Source: Prochlorococcus sp. AG-679-M23 (GTDB taxonomy: Bacteria; Cyanobacteriota; Cyanobacteriia; PCC-6307; Cyanobiaceae). Taken from it: 64,000 bases of DNA. This document shows positions 22,212-42,481 of the stretch, piece by piece; the first letter of the stretch is position 1; every line of letters begins with the position of its first letter. The stretch lies in assembly GCA_003208875.1 (NCBI GenBank), contig QCUR01000002.1, forward strand, positions 224,001-288,000, written 5' to 3'. Below the pieces are notes generated by a model. It saw only the letters and a program-made list of their open reading frames with translations. It did not search any database and was not told the origin of the DNA. A program made the translations under genes and the position numbers.

Positions 22212-22449
22212 CACATAACCTGTTAATATTAAAAATTACTGGAATTTTTTCTTAATTATTAGTAAACAGCTGATTAAAGTATGGTTTTATCGCCTTTATC
22301 TTTGATCATTTCAGCTAATAATAATCTAGATATTTGTTGAATTCAAGACTAAAATCTCGATTTCACTTTAAAAGTCTTGATTATTTTTCTAAAAGTTAAG
22401 TCGATTTTATGGTAATTAGCAATTCTTACATAATGGCGGGTTTTCTTGG

Positions 22450-27686
<5,237 letters not shown>

Positions 27687-27701
27687 TCCTTAAAAAACTA
27701 A

Positions 27702-31820
<4,119 letters not shown>

Positions 31821-31866
31821 AGGCTATTCTTATTTTCAGTTACTAGAATGCTAATTTAAATTTTAA

Positions 31867-32022
<156 letters not shown>

Positions 32023-32031
32023 TCAATTTAG

Positions 32032-33099
<1,068 letters not shown>

Positions 33100-33169
33100 T
33101 CATATTTAAAAACTTTTTATTAAATTCAACTTAAACACGTTATTATTGATTTAATTCTTTTTTTTATTA

Positions 33170-33295
33170 TTGGGATTTATTAGAACTAAGCTTTTACCTT
33201 TTGCAATTGTTAGTTTATTCGGCGTTGCTTTTTTTGCTGTTAGTGCAAGGATTTGGCTACCAGGAGATATGATGTCACCTGCTCCGATTAATTAA
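33170..33295 (+). CDS. Small single-TM conserved cyanobacterial protein, 41 aa; not in ORF track
   Basis: TTG start; MGFIRTKLLPFAIVSLFGVAFFAVSARIWLPGDMMSPAPIN*; GC richer than its flanks; AVSARIWLPGDM-PAP resembles a conserved cyanobacterial microprotein as I recall it. Confidence 0.75.
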   Translation: MGFIRTKLLPFAIVSLFGVAFFAVSARIWLPGDMMSPAPIN

Positions 33296-33308
33296 TCTTT
33301 ATTATTAT

Positions 33309-34085
33309 TTGATAATGACTAAAAGAAAGGATATACAAAATGAAAGTTTGGCAGAAATAGCAATAGATCCAGATGTTTTAGCTCAAGAATTATCTGTAGA
33401 GCTTGAAATTGATCCTTTAGAACAGATTGATCAAGATGGTTTCTCAAGAGGAAATTTAGATAAAAATTTAGAATGTGATGAAGCCTTAAAATTACTTAAG
33501 GGTGACAGAGAGCAAAGAATTCAAGGCTTGAGAATATTTTGTGAATATCGAGATAAAAGATCTTTCCCTCTTTTACTTCCTTTACTTGATCAACCTTGCC
33601 CAGTAGAAAGAATGAGTGCTGTATATGCATTAGGGAGGAATCCGTTCCCTAGCGCAGTAGAAAAATTAGTCAGTCTATTAGAAACAGACGACAATGCATA
33701 TGTAAGGAGAGCTACCGCTTGGAGTCTAGCTAATTATGATAATGAAATTGTTTTGAAGCCATTAATAAATTCATTAAAAAATGATGTGGCTTCAGTAAGA
33801 TTATGGTCATCTAGTTCTCTAGCGGAAATTGGAAGTACTTCATCCTTTAACGCTCAATTAGCGGCTGAACAATTATTAATTAGCTTGAAAATAGATAATG
33901 AACCCGTGGTAAGAAGCAATTGTATATGGTCTTTATGTAGATTGTTTGAAAAATTAAATGAAATATCGCAAGAAAGTTTCGTTGATGAATGTACCAAAAT
34001 TGCTCTTTTTGATAAAGAACCGTCAGTTATGGAAGAAGCCAAAACTGCTTTAGATTCAATGGGGATGAAAGGGTTTTATAAATAG
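33309..34085 (+). CDS. HEAT repeat (PBS lyase-like) protein; ATG at 33315 is a likely start
   Basis: Repeated VRxxAxxxL units (VERMSAVYALG, YVRRATAWSLA, SVRLWSSSSLA, VVRSNCIWSL). Confidence 0.85.
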   Translation: MIMTKRKDIQNESLAEIAIDPDVLAQELSVELEIDPLEQIDQDGFSRGNLDKNLECDEALKLLKGDREQRIQGLRIFCEYRDKRSFPLLLPLLDQPCPVERMSAVYALGRNPFPSAVEKLVSLLETDDNAYVRRATAWSLANYDNEIVLKPLINSLKNDVASVRLWSSSSLAEIGSTSSFNAQLAAEQLLISLKIDNEPVVRSNCIWSLCRLFEKLNEISQESFVDECTKIALFDKEPSVMEEAKTALDSMGMKGFYK

Positions 34086-34137
34086 AGTTTTTATATTTAT
34101 TAAGTAATCAATATTAAAAAATATATTTTAATTAACT

Positions 34138-34180
34138 TGTACCAACTGAAACAATTATTTTTCGTTATCGTATATAAAGT
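34138..34180 (+). promoter_or_regulatory. Putative NtcA-activated promoter
   Basis: TGTA-ccaactga-AACA (GTA-N8-AAC at 34139-34152), then exactly 22 nt, then TAAAGT (TAN3T, 34175-34180). Confidence 0.55.
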
Positions 34181-34204
34181 ATTAGTACTTAGTACTTGAT
34201 TTTA

Positions 34205-34420
34205 ATGCCCCAGAGAACATTAAGATTCAAAATTCATCAAGATGGAAGGGTTGAAGAAACCGTTGAAGGATTCAACGGTAATGCATGTAATAGTGCAACA
34301 AAAAATATTGAAGGTGCTCTTGGCGAAGTAAAAGTCAAGAATAAAACTTCAGAGGCGTTTATCTCTAACCAAAGCGAAAGTTCAAATCAAATTAACAACG
34401 AATCTAATGTCACATTTTAG
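34205..34420 (+). CDS. DUF2997 family protein
   Basis: MPQRTLRFKIHQDGRVEETVEGFNGNAC...IEGALG; ATG at 34205; overlaps ycf35. Confidence 0.82.
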   Translation: MPQRTLRFKIHQDGRVEETVEGFNGNACNSATKNIEGALGEVKVKNKTSEAFISNQSESSNQINNESNVTF

Positions 34421-34799
34421 TACTATCAAGACTCAACTTAAGGAAGTAAAACCCCTGATTAAAGCTTTAGATCAACTCGGTTACGTAGTAAATCACGAAA
34501 AGAAGTTTGTCAAAGGCTACAGGGGACAATTTACAGCGGTTGATATAAGCATGGATTTGCCTAGTGAAACTAAAGTTGGATTCAAATGGGATAATAACTC
34601 TAACTCATATGAATTAGTTACTGATCTCGACCTTTGGAAGTTTGATTTACCGGTAGAAAGGTTTATTTCAAAAGTTACTCAAATGTATGCTTACCATACA
34701 ATTATTTCTAAAACAGAAGAGGACGGATACCAAATAGTTGAGCAAAAAAACAAAAATGATGGATCTATCGAATTGGTTCTCACTAAGTGGGAAAGTTAA
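34407..34799 (+). CDS. ycf35: Ycf35 / DUF1257 family protein
   Basis: MSHFSTIKT, VKGYRGQ, GFKW...YELVTDLDLW, QMYAYHTI, DGSIELVL. Confidence 0.88.
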   Translation: MSHFSTIKTQLKEVKPLIKALDQLGYVVNHEKKFVKGYRGQFTAVDISMDLPSETKVGFKWDNNSNSYELVTDLDLWKFDLPVERFISKVTQMYAYHTIISKTEEDGYQIVEQKNKNDGSIELVLTKWES

Positions 34800-34802
34800 T
34801 AA

Positions 34803-35168
34803 TTGGATAGTAATTCTTTAAGTTCAATTGATAATTATTTTGAAACTAAAGAACTAACAGGTTATGAGCCTGTACTAGGAGGAGAATTAACTGAAAAAGC
34901 AGTTTGGGTTGATGAAAGTAGATGTATAGGTTGTAGATATTGTGCTCATGTAGCTACTAATACTTTTATAGTTGATGATGATTATGGACGTAGTAGAGCA
35001 ATAAGACAAGATGGAGATAATCTTGAAACGGTGCAAGAAGCTATTGATACTTGTCCAGTGGATTGTATTCATTGGGTTGAATTTGAAAACTTAGAAGATC
35101 TAGAAAGTAGTCTTGATAGGGATATGTTTCAATCTCTGGGCAAACTACCAAGAATGAATAAGCATTAA
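34803..35168 (+). CDS. Bacterial-type (4Fe-4S/3Fe-4S) ferredoxin
   Basis: VWVDESRCIGCRYCAHVA...AIDTCPVDCIHW. Confidence 0.9.
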   Translation: MDSNSLSSIDNYFETKELTGYEPVLGGELTEKAVWVDESRCIGCRYCAHVATNTFIVDDDYGRSRAIRQDGDNLETVQEAIDTCPVDCIHWVEFENLEDLESSLDRDMFQSLGKLPRMNKH

Positions 35169-35174
35169 TTTCTA

Positions 35175-36374
35175 ATGGAGTTGCCTTGTCGCAGATTTGG
35201 TAGAACCAATCTAAATATGCCTGTTTTGTCCTTAGGAGGCATGAGATTCCAAAAAAGTTGGGATGAATTAAAATTTTCAGAGATTTCTCGAAAAGAACAG
35301 AATAAAGTTGAAAATATATTGAATCTTGCAAATAAATTTGGCTTTAATCACATAGAGACAGCTAAGTATTATGGGACTTCAGAAATACAGTTAGGTATGG
35401 GTTTCAAGAGTATTAAAAAAACACCAAAAATCATTCAAACAAAAATCCCTCCTAATCGTGATCCTAAATTATTCGAAGCAGAACTTTTGAAAAGCTTTGA
35501 AAAATTGCAAGTAAAGAAAATTGATTTATTAGCAATTCATGGCATCAATACTCCTGAGCATCTTCATCAATCTATAAAAGATGGAGGCTGTATTGATATT
35601 TTAAAAAAATTCCAAAAAGAAAATTCAATTGGATATATTGGATTTTCGACTCATGGAGAATTTTCTCTTATAGAAAAAGCGATATCTACAAATTTCTTTG
35701 ATTATATTAATTTGCACTGGTATTTCATCAATCAAACGAATTCCAAGTTAATTGAGTTGGCTCATAAATATGATCTTGGAGTTTTTATCATAAGTCCTAC
35801 TGATAAAGGTGGACATCTTCACACTCCATCAACAAAAATTTTGGAACTTTGTAGCCCTTTACACCCAATAGTATTTAACGATCTTTTTTGCTTAAGGAAC
35901 AAAAATGTTCATACAATTAGTGTCGGGATAGCGAAAGAGCAAGACTTTAATTTACATTTAGAAGCAGTTTCATTATTGCCAGAATCTGATCATTATATTC
36001 CTAAAATAGTAAATAGATTACAAGAGGAATCAATAAATTCGTTAGGTATAGAGTGGTATAAATGTTGGGATAAAAATTTACCAAATTGGAAAAATACACC
36101 AGGAGGAATAAATATTCCGGTTCTTCTCTGGCTCGCGAATTTAATAGATTCCTTTGATTTAGAAGAATTTGCAAAATCTAGATACCAATTACTTGGTAAT
36201 GGAAGTCATTGGTTTCCAGGCAATAATGCAAATTTGTTAGATACTGATGTATGCGAAAGTCAATTATTAAAAGTTTTAGAAAGGCATATAAAACCCAAAA
36301 AGGTTATAAAGAAATTAAGATTCCTAAGAGATAAGTTTGGAGACAAATCATTATCAAGATTATCAAAGAATTAA
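35175..36374 (+). CDS. Aldo/keto reductase family protein
   Basis: RRFGRT...LSLGGMRF, HIETAKYYGTSE, QTK, IHGIN, GFSTHG. Confidence 0.9.
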   Translation: MELPCRRFGRTNLNMPVLSLGGMRFQKSWDELKFSEISRKEQNKVENILNLANKFGFNHIETAKYYGTSEIQLGMGFKSIKKTPKIIQTKIPPNRDPKLFEAELLKSFEKLQVKKIDLLAIHGINTPEHLHQSIKDGGCIDILKKFQKENSIGYIGFSTHGEFSLIEKAISTNFFDYINLHWYFINQTNSKLIELAHKYDLGVFIISPTDKGGHLHTPSTKILELCSPLHPIVFNDLFCLRNKNVHTISVGIAKEQDFNLHLEAVSLLPESDHYIPKIVNRLQEESINSLGIEWYKCWDKNLPNWKNTPGGINIPVLLWLANLIDSFDLEEFAKSRYQLLGNGSHWFPGNNANLLDTDVCESQLLKVLERHIKPKKVIKKLRFLRDKFGDKSLSRLSKN

Positions 36375-37090
36375 CCTTTGAGTGGATATTTTTCAGCCTT
36401 GCCAATACTTCTTGGATAAATATCAGGGCAAGGTGCTTTTGGCTCAATAAAAATAGCATTACGTATCCCTTTTTCTCTGGGAAGAAAATTACTTTTAATT
36501 TCTAAGATTTGTCCTTCTAATACGTTTAATATATTTTCTAAATTTTTATTATCTTCATTGGTCCACTTCCCACAATATAAAATACCTAATCCGTTTGATT
36601 TCAACATAGGTAATATATATTCAGAAACTGTTGAGGGATTACTAACTGCTCTTGCAGTCGCAATATTAAAGCCATTTTTAAATGAAGATTGACGGCCAAT
36701 GTTTTCAATACGATCATTAATTACAAAGATATCGTTTTTGAACTTAATACTTTTGATAATTTCTTTTAGTGAATCTGTTTTTTTTTTAGAGGAATCCACT
36801 AGATATATTTCTGAATTAGGATGTGTTATTGCATAGGCAAATCCTGGGAAACCACAACCTGATCCAATATCAATAAATTTTTTATTATCAAAATTTTTAT
36901 TTGTATTTTCTTTAAATGTCCAAAGGCTGTCATAGACTTGTGATATCCAGTAATCATCTCCTTCAATTAATCTAGTTAAGTTGGTTTTATAATTTAGTTC
37001 TTGGATTTTTATCTGTAATTCTCTAAACATTATTATTTCCTCTTCAGTTAATAAATTTAGAAGTTCATTAGGGATACTTTCTTTTGTCAT
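36371..37090 (-). CDS. rsmG: 16S rRNA m7G527 methyltransferase RsmG (GidB)
   Basis: NLTR, DIGSGCGFPG, DSSKKK, ARAV, YPR motifs. Confidence 0.95.
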   Translation of the reverse strand: MTKESIPNELLNLLTEEEIIMFRELQIKIQELNYKTNLTRLIEGDDYWISQVYDSLWTFKENTNKNFDNKKFIDIGSGCGFPGFAYAITHPNSEIYLVDSSKKKTDSLKEIIKSIKFKNDIFVINDRIENIGRQSSFKNGFNIATARAVSNPSTVSEYILPMLKSNGLGILYCGKWTNEDNKNLENILNVLEGQILEIKSNFLPREKGIRNAIFIEPKAPCPDIYPRSIGKAEKYPLKG

Positions 37091-37180
37091 TGAGTTTTAA
37101 GTAGTTTCTTATTCTTGATAATTAAAAATATTCAATTTTATTAAAAATGACTAGAATATTTTTAATGATAATTAAATTTT

Positions 37181-37627
37181 TTGAAAGGCGAGATAACTTA
37201 TTATAAAATTTTAGGCGTTAATAAAAATGCCTCAAATAACGAATTAAGAAAAGCTTTTTGTAAACTCTCGATAGAATTACATCCTGATACGACTTCCTTA
37301 GAATTAGAAGATGCAAAAAATAAATTTCAAAAAGTATTAGAGGCCTATGAAAATTTAAATAATTCTAATTTGAGGAAAATTTATGATGAAAAATTACAAG
37401 TAAATTCGAAAAAACCAAATAAAACAAATTTAAATGTCTTGAATCCTTTAGTAATGGATGCTAATAATCAGCCGTTAGTAGGTAATAGGAGACCATTTTC
37501 AAATGGAGAAATGTTCTCATTATTTTTGTTGATTATTATTATTTTGATAAGTTTATTTTTAGCTATCTTAATCGCTTCTTTTGCTGGCAAAGAAATACAG
37601 TCAATTCCAACTTGGCTTTTGAGATAA
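37181..37627 (+). CDS. J-domain (DnaJ type III) membrane protein
   Basis: YYKILGV, LHPD motif, C-terminal TM helix. Confidence 0.88.
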   Translation: MKGEITYYKILGVNKNASNNELRKAFCKLSIELHPDTTSLELEDAKNKFQKVLEAYENLNNSNLRKIYDEKLQVNSKKPNKTNLNVLNPLVMDANNQPLVGNRRPFSNGEMFSLFLLIIIILISLFLAILIASFAGKEIQSIPTWLLR

Positions 37628-37644
37628 TAATTTAAAGAAATTCT

Positions 37645-37902
37645 GTGATCCCATCTGACACCCCAATTAATCAACATTCACTTCAATCATTAGAATTATG
37701 GTTAAAAGATTTAGGTGCAACTAAAGATATTGATAATCCGTCTAAATGGTATTTGTTACTTTCTAATTGGAATGCAACTATTAGTTTTGAACAAGAAGAT
37801 TTAAGTGTTGTCTGGGAGAGTGGAGGTAAATTAACTAAAAGACTATTTTCTTATTGTATTAATAGAGAAGATATAGAAAATGCTATTTTACAGGGGCCTT
37901 AA
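37645..37902 (+). CDS. DUF3143 family protein
   Basis: PSDTPINQHSLQSLELWL...REDIENAILQGP. Confidence 0.8.
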   Translation: MIPSDTPINQHSLQSLELWLKDLGATKDIDNPSKWYLLLSNWNATISFEQEDLSVVWESGGKLTKRLFSYCINREDIENAILQGP

Positions 37903-37910
37903 TGTTGTTT

Positions 37911-39212
37911 TTAAAGATCGCTTAAAATTTCAAAAATAATTCTGTAACTTTTTTCTAACTGTTTGTCTGTAATACAAAGAGGGGGTAATAGATAGATAAC
38001 ATTACCAAGTGGCCTAATAAATAAACCTTTTTTAATTGATAATGCTTTTATCCTTTTGCCAACATTGTTTAGATAACCTTCATTTTTACCTATTTCAATA
38101 TCAAATGCGGCGATAGTTCCTGTGACTCTTATGTTTTTTACAAATGGTATTTTTTTAATTTTCTTTAGATGGGAAAGGTGCTTTTTTTCAAAAGAAAGAT
38201 ACTTTATTGGATCTTTTTCTAATAAGTCAAGGCTCGCATTAGCTGCAGCACACCCTAAAGGGTTTGCAGTGAAGCTATGACCATGCCAAAAAGTTTTTTT
38301 AGGAGAATCGCTAATAAAAGATTGGAAAATTGTCTCTTTAGCTAATGTGATTCCCATAGGTAAGAATCCTCCAGTTAAACCCTTTGAAATAGAAATTAGA
38401 TCAGGAATTATATTTGCCTTTTGAAATGCAAAGAGACTTCCACATCGCCCAAATCCAGTTAATACTTCATCAGCTATTAATAAAGAATTATTATTTTTTA
38501 CTACTTCTGAAACTTGTCTGATAAATTCAGGCCTAACCATATTCATTCCTCCCGCACCCTGTACTAATGGTTCAAGAATGACAGCTACAGTGGGCTTTTT
38601 AAGAAGTTTAGTTAATATTTGAATCGCGTTATTCTCTTTTATTTCAACCTCTTCATCATTTATCCAAGTAGAAGGCCATGGGGCCCTTTTAACAGGGAAC
38701 ATTAGATTATCAAAATTCTCATTAAAAATATTTCGTTCCCCTAAAGCCATTGCTCCAAATGTATCACCATGATAGGCACCATCAAAAGCAATTATTTGAT
38801 TTCTTGTTTCACCTTGATTTTGCCAAGATTGATAGGCAATTTTTAAAGCTACTTCTACAGCGGTAGATCCATTATCAGAAAAAAATAGTCTTTCTAATTT
38901 TGTTAAGCCACTGAGTCTCTCTGATAATATTTGAGCCTGTGGATGTAAGAAGTCGGCGAATATAATTTGCTCTAGAGTCTTGGCTTGTTGATAAATGGCA
39001 TCTGCTATGTAATCGTTACTATGACCATGTAGAGTAACCCACCAACTACTTATTCCATCAATGAGTTCTTGTTTTGGATTTTTAGTATAAATTAAAGCAT
39101 TTTTTCCATGAGTAACTTCTAATTGAGGCTTGCTATTTATAATCTGCGTAAAAGGAGGCCATATATTAGGATGCCAATCTTGATTGGGATTTTTTAAAAC
39201 TGGAGATTTCAT
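37911..39212 (-). CDS. bioA: Adenosylmethionine-8-amino-7-oxononanoate aminotransferase
   Basis: IWPPFTQ, SSWWVTLHGH, GSTAVEVALK, YHGDT, IADEV, SKGLTGG. Confidence 0.96.
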   Translation of the reverse strand: MKSPVLKNPNQDWHPNIWPPFTQIINSKPQLEVTHGKNALIYTKNPKQELIDGISSWWVTLHGHSNDYIADAIYQQAKTLEQIIFADFLHPQAQILSERLSGLTKLERLFFSDNGSTAVEVALKIAYQSWQNQGETRNQIIAFDGAYHGDTFGAMALGERNIFNENFDNLMFPVKRAPWPSTWINDEEVEIKENNAIQILTKLLKKPTVAVILEPLVQGAGGMNMVRPEFIRQVSEVVKNNNSLLIADEVLTGFGRCGSLFAFQKANIIPDLISISKGLTGGFLPMGITLAKETIFQSFISDSPKKTFWHGHSFTANPLGCAAANASLDLLEKDPIKYLSFEKKHLSHLKKIKKIPFVKNIRVTGTIAAFDIEIGKNEGYLNNVGKRIKALSIKKGLFIRPLGNVIYLLPPLCITDKQLEKSYRIIFEILSDL

Positions 39213-39215
39213 TTA

Positions 39216-39878
39216 TTATTTTTTTTGATTTAATAAGGTGATCAATTTATTTTTAATATTGAGCTCTTCCCAAAGTATATCTAAATTATTAGAGTCTATT
39301 TTCTGGATATATGGAAATTCAGCAATAATAGGAAGACTACTAAATTCAGTTAATGTTTTTGGATTATCTAAGTGTTTTTTCCCGTTTATAACTAGACCTA
39401 GAATTTTAATATTTCTTTTTCTTAATGCCTCAATACTAAGAAGAGTGTGATTAAGAGTCCCAAGGCCGCTCTTGCATACAAGTATTACAGGGATATCCCA
39501 TTTCTTGATTTGATCTATTTGCAAATAATTTCTTGTAATTGGGACCATTAAGCCCCCCGCTGTTTCTACAATTAATGATCCATCAATAGTTGGTAAATTT
39601 AATAGCTGAAAGTTTATAACTTTTTGATCTATTTCTGACGCCCAATGAGGAGAAACAGGTTCTCTAAAGATATAAGCCTCACTGATTATTTTCGCTTTGT
39701 TCACTTTTGCAAGTCGTGCAACAGCTTGACTATCAGTCTCAGACTCAATGCCACTTTGAATAGGCTTCCAGTAAAAAGAATTTAATCCTCTTACAAAAAA
39801 AGAACTAATTAATGTCTTTCCGATATCAGTATCTGTCCCACAAATAACAAATTGGGATTTATTCTTTATAGCGCTCAT
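39216..39878 (-). CDS. bioD: Dethiobiotin synthase
   Basis: GTDTDIGKT, WKPIQSG, ETAGG, LGTLNHT. Confidence 0.96.
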   Translation of the reverse strand: MSAIKNKSQFVICGTDTDIGKTLISSFFVRGLNSFYWKPIQSGIESETDSQAVARLAKVNKAKIISEAYIFREPVSPHWASEIDQKVINFQLLNLPTIDGSLIVETAGGLMVPITRNYLQIDQIKKWDIPVILVCKSGLGTLNHTLLSIEALRKRNIKILGLVINGKKHLDNPKTLTEFSSLPIIAEFPYIQKIDSNNLDILWEELNIKNKLITLLNQKK

Positions 39879-40633
39879 GATTTTTTTAATATTTCAATAT
39901 TAATTTCCCATGTAAGGTTAACTGAATTAGTTGCCGTCTTAGGCCAAAACTTTTGTATTGCTTTTAATTCACATACTTTTTTACGTTTACACTTGGTTGA
40001 TTGAGCTCCCACGTTTACTATGCTTCTGAAAAGTTTATAAACATCTGGAAAGTTTTCTATATATAAGTATTTATTTGAGAAGAATATTTCGTCAGAGTTG
40101 AAACTTTTGACTATATTTTTTGAAACAGGGAAAGTTAGGCCACTATATTCAATATTAGTTTCTAAGCAAGTTTGCTTCCATTCCGGGAATGAATTTATTG
40201 TGGGATATGAAATTATTAAATAACCACCAGATCTTAATTTGTTAAACCAATCTCTTATTATTTTTTCGGGATTGTCTAACCAGTGTATACAAAAGTTAGA
40301 TGTCATTAGAGGACAGTTTCTAATTGATGGAGGTAAACCATTATTTAAATCCCATAAAATCTTTTTACTAGAGCCCTTATTTTGAAGAAGCATTTTTTTG
40401 CTGAAATCAATTCGGCTAATATTTTTTGTAGAAAATTCTTTTTCTATTTCATCAGCTAATAAGCCAGTTCCTGAACCAAGATCTATCCATTCACCTTTTT
40501 GAATATTTAGATCTTTTAAGAAATAAACAATTTTATCAGCAAAATGCTTTTGAATATTTGAATAACTTAAATAATTTGCTGATGCATTATTAAAGTTATT
40601 TTTAATTGTTTCATTCCAGATTTCATTTTTCAT
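39875..40633 (-). CDS. bioC: Malonyl-ACP O-methyltransferase (BioC-like)
   Basis: NFNNASANY...IQ, DLGSGTG, SNFCIHW; position in the bio cluster. Confidence 0.85.
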   Translation of the reverse strand: MKNEIWNETIKNNFNNASANYLSYSNIQKHFADKIVYFLKDLNIQKGEWIDLGSGTGLLADEIEKEFSTKNISRIDFSKKMLLQNKGSSKKILWDLNNGLPPSIRNCPLMTSNFCIHWLDNPEKIIRDWFNKLRSGGYLIISYPTINSFPEWKQTCLETNIEYSGLTFPVSKNIVKSFNSDEIFFSNKYLYIENFPDVYKLFRSIVNVGAQSTKCKRKKVCELKAIQKFWPKTATNSVNLTWEINIEILKKS

Positions 40634-41339
40634 ATTTATTATCCAGAGTTCTTTTGATGATTTGGTAAAAATTTAAATTAGTTAGACAATGCCCTTGATT
40701 ATCTAATTCAATTAAAGTTGGCTTTTTAGTAAATGTTTTTTTTAATAATTCAATAAAGTCATCACTTGAATTTTGGTCAAGAATTAAATCGTTTTTAGAA
40801 TTTATAATGATGACATTGCAATTTTTCTCAATAGACTTTAAAGAATTTTTATCTGCATAAAGTTTTTTAAGGTCACTTAATAGAAGATTATTATTTAAAT
40901 TCTCTAAGTTTTTATAAAACATAGTTTGGAAATTAATGCTCATATTATTGGGCAAAAAAGATCTATGTATAAATTCTTTTAACATAACCTCTGTTTCAAA
41001 TAACATTATTTTTTTTTCCATTCTCTTAAGAGATCTGTAAATTAAATTTCTTTTTTTGCTTGAAGGAAGAAAGTTATTAAACGAATTTATAAAGACAATA
41101 TGGGATGCTTCATCTAAAAGATTTTCTTGAATTAAATGGAAACCTAAAGAATGACATAAAATCATCTTGATTTGATCGTTCAAATTGTTTTGTATCCATT
41201 TTGCTTGATTGACATTTTTTGAAAAATATCCTCTTTCATTATCTTGCCAATGCCATCCATTTCTTTGAAATTCAATTTTATAATTATCCCAGAAACTTTG
41301 ATCTAACCCCCAACCATGCTGAGTAATAACTTGTTTCAT
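40623..41339 (-). CDS. bioK: Alpha/beta-hydrolase pimeloyl-ACP methyl ester esterase (BioK-type, BioH functional analogue)
   Basis: QHGWG oxyanion loop, CHSLG nucleophile, NDLIL Asp, QGHCL His; lies between bioF and bioC. Confidence 0.75.
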   Translation of the reverse strand: MKQVITQHGWGLDQSFWDNYKIEFQRNGWHWQDNERGYFSKNVNQAKWIQNNLNDQIKMILCHSLGFHLIQENLLDEASHIVFINSFNNFLPSSKKRNLIYRSLKRMEKKIMLFETEVMLKEFIHRSFLPNNMSINFQTMFYKNLENLNNNLLLSDLKKLYADKNSLKSIEKNCNVIIINSKNDLILDQNSSDDFIELLKKTFTKKPTLIELDNQGHCLTNLNFYQIIKRTLDNKYEK

Positions 41340-42481
41340 TTGAAGTTTTTTAAAACAGAAATAAAATTATTAAGTATGTCTAGATTTAAATCTCTTCTAA
41401 TTGTTAGCCTTATTCTTGATTCGTTCACAGGGACAGTAGGTGGTCTAATAGCGACAGCTAAAAAACCGTTTTTTTCAAGATGTTTTTGTAGAAGGATTGC
41501 CTTTTCTTCTTGTCCGACGATTATAGATAAGATTTGAGATTCTCCCTTAACTGGGTAACTTAAATTTCGAAGAATTTCTTTTTTCCATTTTTTAGAAGAG
41601 ATCAATAAATTAATACCCCATTCGTGATTGGCTTTGATTTTTTGGAGCGATTTAAGTGCACCTGCAGATAAAGCTGGGGAAAGAGCAGTTGTATATCTAA
41701 AAGCCCCACTCGTTTGAATAAGGTATTCTCCAATTTTTGAGTTACAAGCTATAAAAGCCCCGCCGCTACCAAACGATTTACCAAAGGTTCCAGTAATCAT
41801 AGTTATTGCATCAGATAAATCAAAACTTAAACCTTTCCCTTCAGTCCCTAAAATCCCAATAGCATGAGCTTCGTCGACTAATAATTCAACATTATACCTT
41901 TTACAAATTCCAGCAATTTCTTTGAGAGGAGCAATTGAACCTTCCATACTGTAAAGGGATTCAACAATTATAAGAATGGACTTTTGCGATGAATTGAATT
42001 TAAGAATTTTATTTTCTAAGTCTTTTAAATCATTATGTGCGAATCTTACTAGTTTTGATCCGGCAGCTTTTACTCCAACTAATAAAGAATTATGAATAAA
42101 TTTATCTGCAATTACAATACTATTTCTGTTAGCTAAACCTTGTACGGCAGCAATATTAGCTTGGAAACCACTAGGAAATAAAAGCACTTTTTCCTGGTTA
42201 AGCCATTCTGCAAGTTGTGTCTCTAATAATTTATGTATTGGTCTTGAGCCCGTTATGAATCTCGAACTGCCTGAACCAAGACCTTCAGATAAGCTTATTT
42301 CATAAGAGGCTTTTATTACATCATTATCTCTACTTAATCCAAAATAATCATTACTACATAAGTCAATAAAGTTATTTTTAACTTTCTTTGGATTTACACC
42401 TTGAAGTTCATATGGCTTTCGACCTAATGTGAATGTTTTTAATTTACGAAGTCTATTTTTTGGGATTTTTACTCTATTCAT
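41336..42481 (-). CDS. bioF: 8-amino-7-oxononanoate synthase
   Basis: SNDYFGL, GSGSSR, SGFQAN, ESLYSMEG, VDEAH, GTFGKSFG, IRPPTVP. Confidence 0.95.
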   Translation of the reverse strand: MNRVKIPKNRLRKLKTFTLGRKPYELQGVNPKKVKNNFIDLCSNDYFGLSRDNDVIKASYEISLSEGLGSGSSRFITGSRPIHKLLETQLAEWLNQEKVLLFPSGFQANIAAVQGLANRNSIVIADKFIHNSLLVGVKAAGSKLVRFAHNDLKDLENKILKFNSSQKSILIIVESLYSMEGSIAPLKEIAGICKRYNVELLVDEAHAIGILGTEGKGLSFDLSDAITMITGTFGKSFGSGGAFIACNSKIGEYLIQTSGAFRYTTALSPALSAGALKSLQKIKANHEWGINLLISSKKWKKEILRNLSYPVKGESQILSIIVGQEEKAILLQKHLEKNGFLAVAIRPPTVPVNESRIRLTIRRDLNLDILNNFISVLKNFK

